NCBI GenBank assembly: GCA_034530615.2
Contig: JAVRCV020000015.1
Coordinates: 128,001-192,000 of the forward strand
Origin: Aulosira sp. ZfuVER01
GTDB taxonomy: Bacteria; Cyanobacteriota; Cyanobacteriia; Cyanobacteriales; Nostocaceae
Length of the DNA stretch: 64,000 bases
Reading direction: 5' to 3'
The notes below the pieces were generated by a model. It did no database searches. It saw only the letters and a program-made list of their open reading frames with translations, and was not told the DNA's origin. Positions 11,805 through 20,791 of this stretch are shown piece by piece (position 1 is the stretch's first letter; each line of letters opens with the position of its first letter). The position numbers and the translations under genes were made by a program.

Positions 11805-12251
11805 TTATGGAAAAGCTTTATTATTAATCAAACGTTTTATTTCTGCTAATAACACAGTAGGTTCTACAGGCTTATTAACATAACTTTGAAAACCCGATGC
11901 TAGAGCCATGCTACGACTTTCATCAGAACTAAGAGCAGTTAAAGCTATAGCTGGTATCTCTCGTTGTTCTGAAATGCTGCTGTCTCTGATTTTGCGAATT
12001 AAAGAATAACCATCAACTTCTGGCATAGCGATGTCAGAAATTAAAATATCAAATTTTAACTGTTTGATGTTTTCTAAGGCGATTAGGACTGATGTTGCCG
12101 TTTTTACCTGCAAGCCGTTATTTTCTAGGATAAACGTAGTTAGGATCAGACTATCTTCGTTATCATCTACTAACAGAACTCGCAAACCATCTAGAGATTG
12201 AGAATTTTTTGTATCTTCTTGGGGATGCTTGTTATCAGCATTAGTGGTCAT
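11805..12251 (-). CDS. Single-domain response regulator
   Basis: LLVDDNED, DIAMPEVDG, ALTA, KP receiver motifs. Confidence 0.9.
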   Translation of the reverse strand: MTTNADNKHPQEDTKNSQSLDGLRVLLVDDNEDSLILTTFILENNGLQVKTATSVLIALENIKQLKFDILISDIAMPEVDGYSLIRKIRDSSISEQREIPAIALTALSSDESRSMALASGFQSYVNKPVEPTVLLAEIKRLINNKAFP

Positions 12252-12297
12252 GATTAATATGTGCCTCCCTAGTTGCCTGCATCAATTACGGAGGAAC

Positions 12298-12334
12298 TCC
12301 CACAAGACAGTTAGATAATAGCTGTCTTGTGGGA
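12298..12334. other. Long inverted repeat upstream of response regulator
   Basis: tcccacaagacagtta-gataa-tagctgtcttgtggga. Confidence 0.6.
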
Positions 12335-12382
12335 ATCTAACAACAAGCTACCACAACATTAGACATGATGTATCAAGGATGT

Positions 12383-12428
12383 AGGCTGAAGGATGAAATC
12401 CAAAAATCTTATTTTCATCCTTCAGCCT
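12383..12428 (-). terminator. Hairpin immediately downstream of the TROVE/Ro60 gene
   Basis: 16-bp inverted repeat aggctgaaggatgaaa / tttcatccttcagcct next to the stop codon. Confidence 0.6.
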
Positions 12429-12430
12429 TT

Positions 12431-14035
12431 TTAAAGTTCACCAGTAGCTAGCATCTGGATAATGCGAGGTGTTCCAGGATCGAACCCGGCCAAATCCCAG
12501 GAAAGAGGATCTTGAGGATCTACCAAAGTAATGTTGTAAGGTGCAAGGGTAACATACACTGCCTTGGCATTGGGATTCACCTTTTGGCGGTACTGCGTTA
12601 ATGCTTGACTGGGATGCTTAGAACCAGCCCATGACTCATTATCAGTCCAAAAGCAAACTACATCTGCTTTGAACTTATTCTTAATCATCCAGTCGTAAGC
12701 TACAGAAGCATCTGTTCCACCGAAGTTTTGATTGCTAGCTTTGCGAAGTGCAGAACTAAAACTATCTTTGGCTGTAATACCTAATTCTCGAAATTCGGTA
12801 GCAAAGCCGCGAATCATGTAGTTTTGCTCTGCCTTTGCTGTTACCAGTGCCATTGTAGTGGCGATTTCGCAGCAGCTTAAACCTACTGAATCAACTACAC
12901 CCCAAGACATTGAGCCAGAAACATCTACAGCGTGCATGAAAACTTTGCCTGTGGGTTGCACCATATCAAAAGATAGTTCAACCGCCTTTTCTAGGATGTG
13001 TACGATTCGGGGGACTGGTTCCCAAGTCTTCTGGCTGCGTCCTAATTTGCCACCAGATTGATAAGTCTTGAGAGCTTTCAAAACATCAATCGGATGGATG
13101 CGACCTTTGCGCAGATGTTCTTTGTTGTTGAGAACTCCTTCTACTCGCAGAATATTGGCACTTTCATCAGCGCGTAGTACCCCTAATTCGGTTAAAGAGC
13201 CAAGGTTACGCAGCATTGCACCAATTGGCATTTCCTGAAATAGTAATTGCCAAGCTTGTTTATCCATCTTACCCACAGGTGCAGCCATTTCATGAGTTAG
13301 GCGTCCTTGTGCGATCGCAGTATGGGTTTCGCTAGGATTGCGCTTGAGCCACTCATACCACCAAATCTGCGCCAATGCATCTGTTGGGATATCTGCTGGC
13401 AAATCTTCCCAACCTTTAACAACCCACTCAAATAATTCGCGGTGAGTTTCTGTAGGTGGTTTGACATGGAACAACCGCAATGCATCTCGGTGAGAGAAGC
13501 CTTGACGCTGTTGATATTTCAAAAGTTGATAAGCCAAACCTTTGACATCTTCCTGCGAAAGCCAAGTTTTTCCAGCTTCGCGCACCACCTTACCAAATCC
13601 CCGCAGCGATTTGGTATAGTTCAGCCATTCGTAGAAGTGGCTACCAGTGCGGACAACTTGCCCAAAGATTTCACCAAATGCCTTTTTGGCTTCTGCTGTT
13701 TCACCCATCGATAGCAGCACTAAAGCCAAGATAGGCGCACTATTGTTGATGGCGCGTCCATCGCTAGCATAGAGAATTTCCTCCGCAACACGCCCCGGAT
13801 TTTCCGCCACAGCTTGTTTGATAACTGCAACAAAATCTTCAGTTAATTCCTGCTTTCCCGCGTAGTAAGTGCTTTTTGCTGTGCCAATCAATAAGCAACG
13901 GCGCAGCATTTTCCAAATACCCGCATCAAACATATACCCGCCGGAACGTCCTTTAATCATTTCTGCTTCCCGTCCGGGGATAGGCTGATTTTGTGGTGTA
14001 TTTGTCTTCTTTTTAGTGAAGAAATTGTAATTCAT
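12431..14035 (-). CDS. rsr: TROVE-domain Ro60 (Rsr) RNA-binding protein
   Basis: LRRCLLIGT, LAYQLLKYQQRQGFSHRDALRLFH, AMLRNLGSL, RIHP TROVE motifs; vWA MIDAS DVSGSM, GGTD, WTDNE; C-terminal AGFD. Confidence 0.93.
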   Translation of the reverse strand: MNYNFFTKKKTNTPQNQPIPGREAEMIKGRSGGYMFDAGIWKMLRRCLLIGTAKSTYYAGKQELTEDFVAVIKQAVAENPGRVAEEILYASDGRAINNSAPILALVLLSMGETAEAKKAFGEIFGQVVRTGSHFYEWLNYTKSLRGFGKVVREAGKTWLSQEDVKGLAYQLLKYQQRQGFSHRDALRLFHVKPPTETHRELFEWVVKGWEDLPADIPTDALAQIWWYEWLKRNPSETHTAIAQGRLTHEMAAPVGKMDKQAWQLLFQEMPIGAMLRNLGSLTELGVLRADESANILRVEGVLNNKEHLRKGRIHPIDVLKALKTYQSGGKLGRSQKTWEPVPRIVHILEKAVELSFDMVQPTGKVFMHAVDVSGSMSWGVVDSVGLSCCEIATTMALVTAKAEQNYMIRGFATEFRELGITAKDSFSSALRKASNQNFGGTDASVAYDWMIKNKFKADVVCFWTDNESWAGSKHPSQALTQYRQKVNPNAKAVYVTLAPYNITLVDPQDPLSWDLAGFDPGTPRIIQMLATGEL

Positions 14036-14043
14036 GACTTCAT

Positions 14044-14063
14044 CTCCCGGCCCTTGCGGGCAA
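14044..14063 (-). promoter_or_regulatory. Y-RNA-like bulged hairpin overlapping the Shine-Dalgarno of rsr
   Basis: Minus strand UUGCCC-GCAA-GGGC-C-GG-GAG, 8 nt before the ATG at 14035; same motif as in the four upstream RNAs. Confidence 0.65.
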
Positions 14064-14071
14064 AAATGAAA

Positions 14072-14198
14072 GGTGGCAGGGCAGGACTTGAACCTGCGAC
14101 ATCCGGCTTAAAAGGCGATAACCCTAATTCGTCGGCCTTTGCAGGCAAGGGGTGAACAAGGATGTTTTCGGAGCTCTACCGACTGAGCTACCTGCCAC
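14072..14198 (-). ncRNA. tRNA-shaped Y-like RNA, unit 1 (rsr-proximal)
   Basis: Acceptor GUGGCAGG/CCUGCCAC, D arm UAGCUCAGUCGGUAGAGC, T arm GCAGG-UUCAAGU-CCUGC; anticodon arm replaced by a long insert containing UUGCCU-GCAA-AGGCCGA. Confidence 0.85.
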
Positions 14199-14276
14199 AT
14201 GAAAAGTTATGAGTTGTGAGCTATAAGTGCTGAGTTTGGAATTTTTAACTCAGTACTCAGCACTTAGTACTGATTT

Positions 14277-14403
14277 TGGTGTAGTGGGGCGGGAGTCGAA
14301 CCCGCGATGCTCGTCTTGCAAACGATAACCCTCAATTCTTCGGCCTTTGCAGGCAAGGGGTGAATAAGGATATTAAGCGCCTTACCACTTGGCTACCCAC
14401 CAC
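14277..14403 (-). ncRNA. tRNA-shaped Y-like RNA, unit 2
   Basis: Acceptor GUGGUGGG/CCCACUAC then A-CCA; D arm UAGCCAAGUGGUAAGGC; T arm GCGGG-UUCGACU-CCCGC; same insert. Confidence 0.85.
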
Positions 14404-14453
14404 ATAACAATTCAAAATTCAAAATGCAAAATTCAAAATTCAAAATTAGATTT
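14404..14453. repeat. Heptamer (TTCAAAA) spacer, duplicated at 14580-14615
   Basis: ataacaattcaaaattcaaaatgcaaaatt occurs identically in both spacers. Confidence 0.8.
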
Positions 14454-14579
14454 TGGGTGGCGGGGCGGGATTTGAACCCGCGACCTCTCGAACCCAAATC
14501 GATAACCCTAATTCGTCGGCCTTTGCAGGCAAGGGGTGAATAAGGATGTTTAGCGCTCTACCACTGAGCTACCCACCAC
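14454..14579 (-). ncRNA. tRNA-shaped Y-like RNA, unit 3
   Basis: Acceptor GUGGUGGG/CCCGCCAC then CCA; D arm UAGCUCAGUGGUAGAGC; T arm GCGGG-UUCAAAU-CCCGC; same insert. Confidence 0.85.
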
Positions 14580-14615
14580 ATAACAATTCAAAATTCAAAA
14601 TGCAAAATTAGGTTT

Positions 14616-14741
14616 TGGTGTAGCGAAGCAGGATTTGCATCTGCATCTCCAGAAGTGAAATCAAGGGGCATTTGCGATAACCCTCGATACATCGGCCCTT
14701 GCGGGCAAGTTGGGCGCTCTGGTATTTGAGCTATCCGCTAC
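14616..14741 (-). ncRNA. tRNA-shaped Y-like RNA, unit 4 (promoter-proximal, divergent)
   Basis: Acceptor GUAGCGGA/UUCGCUAC then A-CCA; degenerate D loop (no GG) and T loop (UGCAAAU); insert has UUGCCC-GCAA-GGGCCGA and AGGGUUAUCG. Confidence 0.75.
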
Positions 14742-14783
14742 GGCTGAAAGCTTACTCTTTTTGGAAGATTGACTTGTATTATT

Positions 14784-14812
14784 AATGTAGTATGCGTATT
14801 ACTAGATGTCAA
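14784..14812 (-). promoter_or_regulatory. Sigma70-type promoter for the ncRNA array and rsr
   Basis: Minus strand TTGACA (14812-14807), 17-nt spacer, TACATT (14789-14784); contains inverted repeat TAGTA-N7-TACTA. Confidence 0.7.
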
Positions 14813-15174
14813 GAGTCTAGAAAGTTAATGTTGCAACTTATCTTTTAGTGGAGAAGTCTTTGTAAACACTTGAGCTTCCTAATGCTATGTATAGTAATAT
14901 ACTGAAACTATTAAGTATATATAAACACTAAATAATGATTTTTGCTTAGTCTTTCATTATTGGCAAAAACTGCTTTTATCGGCAAAACCTTTGATTTAAG
15001 CTCGCTACAGGCTGAATAGTTTTCCAATTCTTCAGGCAGCTTACAGTGTATAAAAATTAGTAATGTTATATTTTTCCAACAAATTTGCCGCAAGTTTGCC
15101 AAAATATACAAAAAAATGTCACAATTTTTGCCAAGATAATAATTATTTCTTTTCTAACAATTCACTTGGCAGCA

Positions 15175-15912
15175 ATGAGCATGAGTGAAAAGACACTAGA
15201 AGGCAGCGGGAAGGCTTTTCTCGTTCTGCTTTTGCCCATCTCGTTTTTGATTATTTTCCTTGTTTCTACTTGGAAATTTTTGCTGGCTTTCATGGTGCTG
15301 CTTATTGGTTTCAATATTTGGCAGTGGCATCAATGGCAACAGTGGTGTCAGCAAGTTAATCCTATTTTCCATCGGCTGGTTCAGGAAAATCAGGGCAGAG
15401 TGACACCAATGGACTTGGCAATCAAGGGTAATTTTTCTGGAGCAATAGCCAAACGTTACCTAGATACTAAAGCCAGCGAATTTGGTGCCAGTCTTCTGAA
15501 TTCTGAAGATGGCAATCCGGTTTATTACTTTATCAATGCCACCATTTTGGGAAGCATACTCGAAAGTAGTGAGCCTGTTAAAGAACTTCCTTCGCAATCG
15601 TTTGCCAAAGCCGATCCTGTGCTACTAGCACCAACGCTACAACAGCCTCAGCCGGAAGAAACAGACGATGAATTATTGCCACCAGCAACTCATGAAGCAG
15701 TCAAAATTCCTTTAGAAAAACAATTAGTTTTTGGCTCTCTGATTCAATCAGAACTTGCTAAACGGCTAAATGTTTATTCCAGCACAGTATATAAACGGCG
15801 CAATGACCCTGATTTTCCTGAATGGAGCCGCAGCCGCGATCCAGATGGTATTGCTTGGTCATTCTCCCGAAAATCTAAGGAATTTTTCCCCTTGGAAGAA
15901 GATAAAAGTTAA
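15175..15912 (+). CDS. Hypothetical membrane protein
   Basis: Two N-terminal hydrophobic helices and a C-terminal HTH-like segment (QSELAKRLNVYSSTV); ATG at 15175 preferred over TTG at 15085. Confidence 0.75.
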   Translation: MSMSEKTLEGSGKAFLVLLLPISFLIIFLVSTWKFLLAFMVLLIGFNIWQWHQWQQWCQQVNPIFHRLVQENQGRVTPMDLAIKGNFSGAIAKRYLDTKASEFGASLLNSEDGNPVYYFINATILGSILESSEPVKELPSQSFAKADPVLLAPTLQQPQPEETDDELLPPATHEAVKIPLEKQLVFGSLIQSELAKRLNVYSSTVYKRRNDPDFPEWSRSRDPDGIAWSFSRKSKEFFPLEEDKS

Positions 15913-16090
15913 AACTAGAAACTTGATTTTCCTAACTTTTGCCAAGGAAAAAATATCAACCATCAGTCAACAGTGAATAGTGAGGAGTTTTTCAGATGGG
16001 AGTCAAATACACCCATTTCTGTAATTCGTAAGTTTGAGTTGGGATTGAAACCTCAACTAAAACTTTGAGAACTATTAACTGCTAAATGTT

Positions 16091-17251
16091 TCAATTTTTA
16101 GCTTTTGCCGCTAAACCTACAGCTGCATTGATTGACGTTAATCCGCTTTCTTCTAACTTAGAAAGTAAACCTGTGAGAATACGGCGTACCATCATTGGGC
16201 CTTCGTAAATCCAGCCTGTATAGACTTGAATCAGGCTAGCACCAGCAGTAATTTTTTCCCAGGCATCTTCTGGGGTAAAGATGCCACCAACGCCGATAAT
16301 TGGCAATTCTCCTTGGGTTTGCTGCCAAATAAACCGAATTACTTCGGTGGAACGATCGCGTAATGGTGCGCCGCTAATTCCACCAGCTTCTTCTTGCACA
16401 GTTTTGCCTGTTTGCGAAATTACCTGGGTTTTCAGCAGATCGCGGCGAATAGTTGTGTTAGTAGCAATTAACCCCGCCATTTGGTAAGTATTTGCCAAAG
16501 CAATAATATCAGCGATCGCTTCCCATTCTAAATCAGGGGCTATCTTGACAAAAATAGGCTTTTGTGTTTTATTGTCTTGTTGCAATAAATCCAAGATAGA
16601 GCCGAGCATGGCTGCATCCTGGAGCGATCGCAACCCGGGTGTATTCGGAGAAGACACATTAACTACAAAATAGTCTCCCAAGTCCTTAAGCAAACGAAAA
16701 CTATTGAGGTAATCGTTTGCAGATGCATCTAAGGGGGTTACTTTAGACTTACCCAAATTTATACCTATAGGTATTCGCTGGTTTAATTCTTGTTTCCCTT
16801 GTGCCAATCGTGCCGCCATTGCTGCTGCACCGCTATTATTAAAACCCATGCGGTTGAGGACAGCTCGATCTAACGGTAAACGAAACAAGCGGGGACGAGG
16901 ATTTCCGGGCTGGGGAATAAATGTCACTGTTCCCAATTCTGCAAAGCCAAAACCAAGGCTTGACCAGATTTGGGCAGCAATGCCATCCTTATCAAACCCA
17001 GCTGCTAAACCTAAGGGGTTGGGGAAATTAAGCCCAAAGAGATTTTGCTCTAAACGCGGATCGTATAAGCATAATGACTGCTGGAGCAAGTGATTCACCC
17101 ATCTAGTGCTTAGGCGATCGCTACTTTGGGACAGCCAGCCAAGAGTATTAATCGTCTTGTGGTGTAACCACTCTGGATCTGTTTTGAGCAGATTAAACAA
17201 CAGTGGACGAATTGCTAATTGATAAATATCCATGCTAATCAGAGTTGCCAA
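16091..17251 (-). CDS. pyrD: Quinone-dependent dihydroorotate dehydrogenase
   Basis: [37 protein letters not shown] motifs. Confidence 0.96.
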   Translation of the reverse strand: MATLISMDIYQLAIRPLLFNLLKTDPEWLHHKTINTLGWLSQSSDRLSTRWVNHLLQQSLCLYDPRLEQNLFGLNFPNPLGLAAGFDKDGIAAQIWSSLGFGFAELGTVTFIPQPGNPRPRLFRLPLDRAVLNRMGFNNSGAAAMAARLAQGKQELNQRIPIGINLGKSKVTPLDASANDYLNSFRLLKDLGDYFVVNVSSPNTPGLRSLQDAAMLGSILDLLQQDNKTQKPIFVKIAPDLEWEAIADIIALANTYQMAGLIATNTTIRRDLLKTQVISQTGKTVQEEAGGISGAPLRDRSTEVIRFIWQQTQGELPIIGVGGIFTPEDAWEKITAGASLIQVYTGWIYEGPMMVRRILTGLLSKLEESGLTSINAAVGLAAKAKN

Positions 17252-17399
17252 AAATAGTATCTAGAGATATTTGGAGATGGGGTATTGGGCGTTGGGCATT
17301 CGGCAAGAAGGCAATAGTTATTTCTTTCCTCCCCTGCTCCCCTGCTGCCTCATCTCCCCTATTTTCAAATGCTAATTTTGAACGCAACTTAGTATCAGG

Positions 17400-20324
17400 G
17401 TGCTTTTCTGGGCATCTTATATATTACAAGTTATGTTGACTAATAATCAGATGGGACCGCCAGAAAAACCTATAGCTGCTGAAAAACAGATAATTTCCTT
17501 GGGGCGTGTCCTCCAGAAACTCAGGGAAGAGGATAATGTTGAAGTTTTAATTGAAACTACTATTGCTTATATTAAAGAGCAGTTTGAGTACCAACTCATT
17601 TGGATTGCTCTTTACGATCGCCTGAATCATACATTATCTGGCAAAGGCGGGATGACGCCTACTAAGGACACCAATTTTTTACAACAGCGGTTAGTTCTTA
17701 GTCCTGGAGATTTATTAGAACAAGTCGTAATTGAACAGCGTCCCCTAGGTGTAGCCGATTTAAGAGATGAACATCGGGCTGACACATTGCAGGAAGTGGC
17801 GAAAAAATTCCAAATTCAAGGAACAATTGTTTTACCAATTCGCTACAGAGACCGCTGTTTGGGTTTGGTATTACTAGGTTCGCAAAGCTGGGGCTATTTA
17901 CTCGCTGGAGATGCCAAAGCAAGGCTGTTAATGGTTTTAGCTGAACTGGGAGCAGTACTTTATCAACATGAGATCGATTTGCAGCAAAAGCAAACCAAGC
18001 GGATTGAGGAGCCTTTGTTGCGATTGTTAGAAAACTTACGCTCCTTAGGTAATCTAGATAAAAAACTAGAAGCAGTAGTGGAAGCAACTCATCAATTTGT
18101 TTCCCCATCCCGAACAAATATTTACTGGTTTGAAAGGGAAGGACGCTACTTTTGGTGTCGGATGAACAATCAGCTGCTCAACCTTGGTCGCAACACTGGG
18201 CCTCAGCAACCCGCCGTGGGAATTTCCGTGCAGGACTTGAGCGAATTTTATTATGCTTTAGTAGTCAATCAAATTGTCTGGATTGGCGAGTCGCGGAGTT
18301 CTTTAAACAGTCATGTTACAGGTAAGCTACTACAACGCCTGCGGGTGCGATCGCTGTTGGCATCTCCCATAATCTATCAAAAGGAATTGCTGGGTTTTCT
18401 AGCAGTAGAAGGCAATCAACCGCGTATCTGGACGGATGCAGATAAAAATTTCATCCAAGGTGCTGCAGGATTAATATCTCTGGTTGCCCCTACTGAAAGC
18501 ATGGAAAGCACCATTAAACAAATTCAAGCGGATGCCCAGTTAACTAGTCAAGTTGCTCAAGCTATCTATAGCGAGCATGACCTTCAAGAAGTACTGCGCA
18601 TTTGTGCGCAGAGAGTTTTAGAGCGACTAGCTACCACCCGCTTTTTATTGTTGCGGTACGACCCTGACCAAAATCATTATCAAATTCTGCACCAAAGCCA
18701 GATTCAAAATCGCCGGTCTTTGTCATTTACACTCAATGCTCTTAAAGATTTGGATAGACAGCTTTTGCAGCGTGTCACTGAAGCAGTAGAGATTGAGAAT
18801 TTAGACGAAGATTTGCGATTTTTTAATTGGCGTCCCTTTTTTATCGAAAGTGGCGTACATTCCTTGTTGGTTTGCAACTGCTCTCAAGGTAATTCACCGA
18901 CAGCGATTGTAGTTATTGCTCATGAAACTCACCGTTCTTGGACAACTTTAGAAAAGGAACTGCTATGGGTTGTCAGTCAACAAGTTGGTGTCATTGTTCG
19001 TCAGTGGCAACTGCAAGGCAATAACGAGCAGCAAAAAACAATTTTACAAAGCTTTCAACAATGCTTGCGCATCTTGGCACAAACCCAGAGTAAAACAACA
19101 GACACAGAAGAACATCATTTAGAATGCACCGCACTCCAACAAATAGCATCTGTACTAAGTTGTCCCCTGGCATTGATGCTATCTTGGTCGCCTGGTCAGC
19201 ATCAGGCAAAAATTATCCCTGGGGTAATTACCAATAAGGGATTTGAGATTGATGCTAATACATCGATATTTTTTCAGACAGAAGCTCTCATACAATGGGC
19301 ACTTGGCCAAGAAGGTTATCTCAGCATCAGAGTAGATGATTTACCCCCAGAAACTAGAAATTGGTTGAACGGATCGGATATTGGTCAAATTTTGGTGATG
19401 GTATTACGTACTTCCTATGCTTATCAACCCACAAGTGTGGTGTTATTGGCAGACCATCGAGAGCGTTATTGGTCAGAACACAGCCTCAGTGCGGCGGAAG
19501 CTCTTGTTTGCCAGTTAGCTTGGTTGAATCGTCAAAAGCAAATCACCCAACTTCTAGAGTTCACAACTGAAGACTTACGACAACTCAATTGGTATAAGCA
19601 TCGTCGTCTAGAAGAAATTCACAGAGCCGCAACACCTTTGCTTTCTCAAATCCATGATTCGGGGGTTCCGGCGCAGGAACTAAAGGAAACACGCCCCCAG
19701 CCACTACTGCGACAGTTAGAGTATACAACAGCCTCGATCGCAGAACTGCTAAAACATGAGCAGTGGCAGTTACAGATGAAATGGGAAATTATACCCGTAG
19801 CCAGTTTACTGAAGCGAGCGATCGAAAAAGTAGACAATTTACTCAAACAACATAAGCTGTGGGTAGGTGTGCATGGTTTAGGACAGTCTGTTGTCCCTCA
19901 GGATTCACTAAAAAATTCTGCGGATCTGAAAGTAACTCAAACCGCAGGCAATCAATCTTCGATGGCGATCGCTGGGGACATTAAAAAAATTGAATTAGTG
20001 CTGCATGAATTGTTGGTTTTAGCCTGTCATCGTTCTCAGCCAGGAGGCAGAATCGATATTTGGTGTCGCCGCTTAGATGAGGGAATGTTAGATATTTCGA
20101 TTACAGACAGCGGTCCTATAGAAGCGTTGCTATTAGAAGCGCTAAATCAAGATCAACCCAAGGATGTGCTTGCTGTCTCTAGCCTCGATGAACCACCAGG
20201 TTTGCACCTCCTCATCTGCAAAAATCTCATGCGCCAAATGAAAGGAGAATTGCATTTCTATCAGTTACCAGATAATCGGGTAGTCAGTCGCTTACTGCTG
20301 CAATTAGCTAATCATTCTCAGTAA
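17400..20324 (+). CDS. Multi-GAF protein with degenerate histidine-kinase-like C-terminus
   Basis: Several GAF-like repeats (PIRYRDRCLGLV, PIIYQKELLGFL...WTDAD); ATPase-like tail (ITDSG, GLHLLIC); true start may be 17432 or 17450. Confidence 0.8.
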   Translation: MLFWASYILQVMLTNNQMGPPEKPIAAEKQIISLGRVLQKLREEDNVEVLIETTIAYIKEQFEYQLIWIALYDRLNHTLSGKGGMTPTKDTNFLQQRLVLSPGDLLEQVVIEQRPLGVADLRDEHRADTLQEVAKKFQIQGTIVLPIRYRDRCLGLVLLGSQSWGYLLAGDAKARLLMVLAELGAVLYQHEIDLQQKQTKRIEEPLLRLLENLRSLGNLDKKLEAVVEATHQFVSPSRTNIYWFEREGRYFWCRMNNQLLNLGRNTGPQQPAVGISVQDLSEFYYALVVNQIVWIGESRSSLNSHVTGKLLQRLRVRSLLASPIIYQKELLGFLAVEGNQPRIWTDADKNFIQGAAGLISLVAPTESMESTIKQIQADAQLTSQVAQAIYSEHDLQEVLRICAQRVLERLATTRFLLLRYDPDQNHYQILHQSQIQNRRSLSFTLNALKDLDRQLLQRVTEAVEIENLDEDLRFFNWRPFFIESGVHSLLVCNCSQGNSPTAIVVIAHETHRSWTTLEKELLWVVSQQVGVIVRQWQLQGNNEQQKTILQSFQQCLRILAQTQSKTTDTEEHHLECTALQQIASVLSCPLALMLSWSPGQHQAKIIPGVITNKGFEIDANTSIFFQTEALIQWALGQEGYLSIRVDDLPPETRNWLNGSDIGQILVMVLRTSYAYQPTSVVLLADHRERYWSEHSLSAAEALVCQLAWLNRQKQITQLLEFTTEDLRQLNWYKHRRLEEIHRAATPLLSQIHDSGVPAQELKETRPQPLLRQLEYTTASIAELLKHEQWQLQMKWEIIPVASLLKRAIEKVDNLLKQHKLWVGVHGLGQSVVPQDSLKNSADLKVTQTAGNQSSMAIAGDIKKIELVLHELLVLACHRSQPGGRIDIWCRRLDEGMLDISITDSGPIEALLLEALNQDQPKDVLAVSSLDEPPGLHLLICKNLMRQMKGELHFYQLPDNRVVSRLLLQLANHSQ

Positions 20325-20791
20325 GTATTAGTCTTTGCCAATAAGCATTGGGCATTTTATCTTTCCCTGCTTCCCTGATTTCTCATTAGGACTGTCTTCC
20401 TACGCAATTCTGTCTTCTTGAACTCAGTAATTACCATGACATTATTGAGTTTTGAGCATTACATAAATTTTGGCTCAGATTGTGAGGGGTATAACCCATA
20501 AATTTGCGGACTTTTGCGGCTAGAAAATGCTTGTCGCAACTGAATATTTATCTTTGTTTGAATTACTGGTAATGCTGCTACAATCTTTCTCTGAAGAGGC
20601 TTTGCCGCCTGATATTAAGTCCAAATAATAGTAAATAGCCCAAAAATACTGCCTAAGTTGACTAGAAATAACCCTCTAGGGGGATTAACCCCACATTTGT
20701 TAGTAAAAAGTATCTACCCGTTGTAACAATCTGGTTATAATTATTTTCCATCGCTCTCGCAAATTTTTTCTCCAATCTGCACAGTATCAAA

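Noticed and set aside
14140..14700. Standard YrlA topology spanning adjacent units, with the spacer as acceptor loop
   Set aside because: Acceptor strands pair best within units; unit 2's 3' strand mismatches unit 1's 5' strand. It remains possible for units 3/2, so RACE is needed.
14072..14741. Ordinary tRNA genes, or tRNAs with introns
   Set aside because: No 7-nt anticodon loop can be formed; the insert is far too short for a group I intron and is conserved with a Ro-type helix next to a Ro60 gene.
14072..14741. CRISPR array
   Set aside because: The conserved blocks are embedded in tRNA-like folds, the spacers are low-complexity and partly identical, and there are no cas genes in the window.
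14790..14802. NtcA binding site
   Set aside because: Spacing is GTA-N7-TAC rather than N8.
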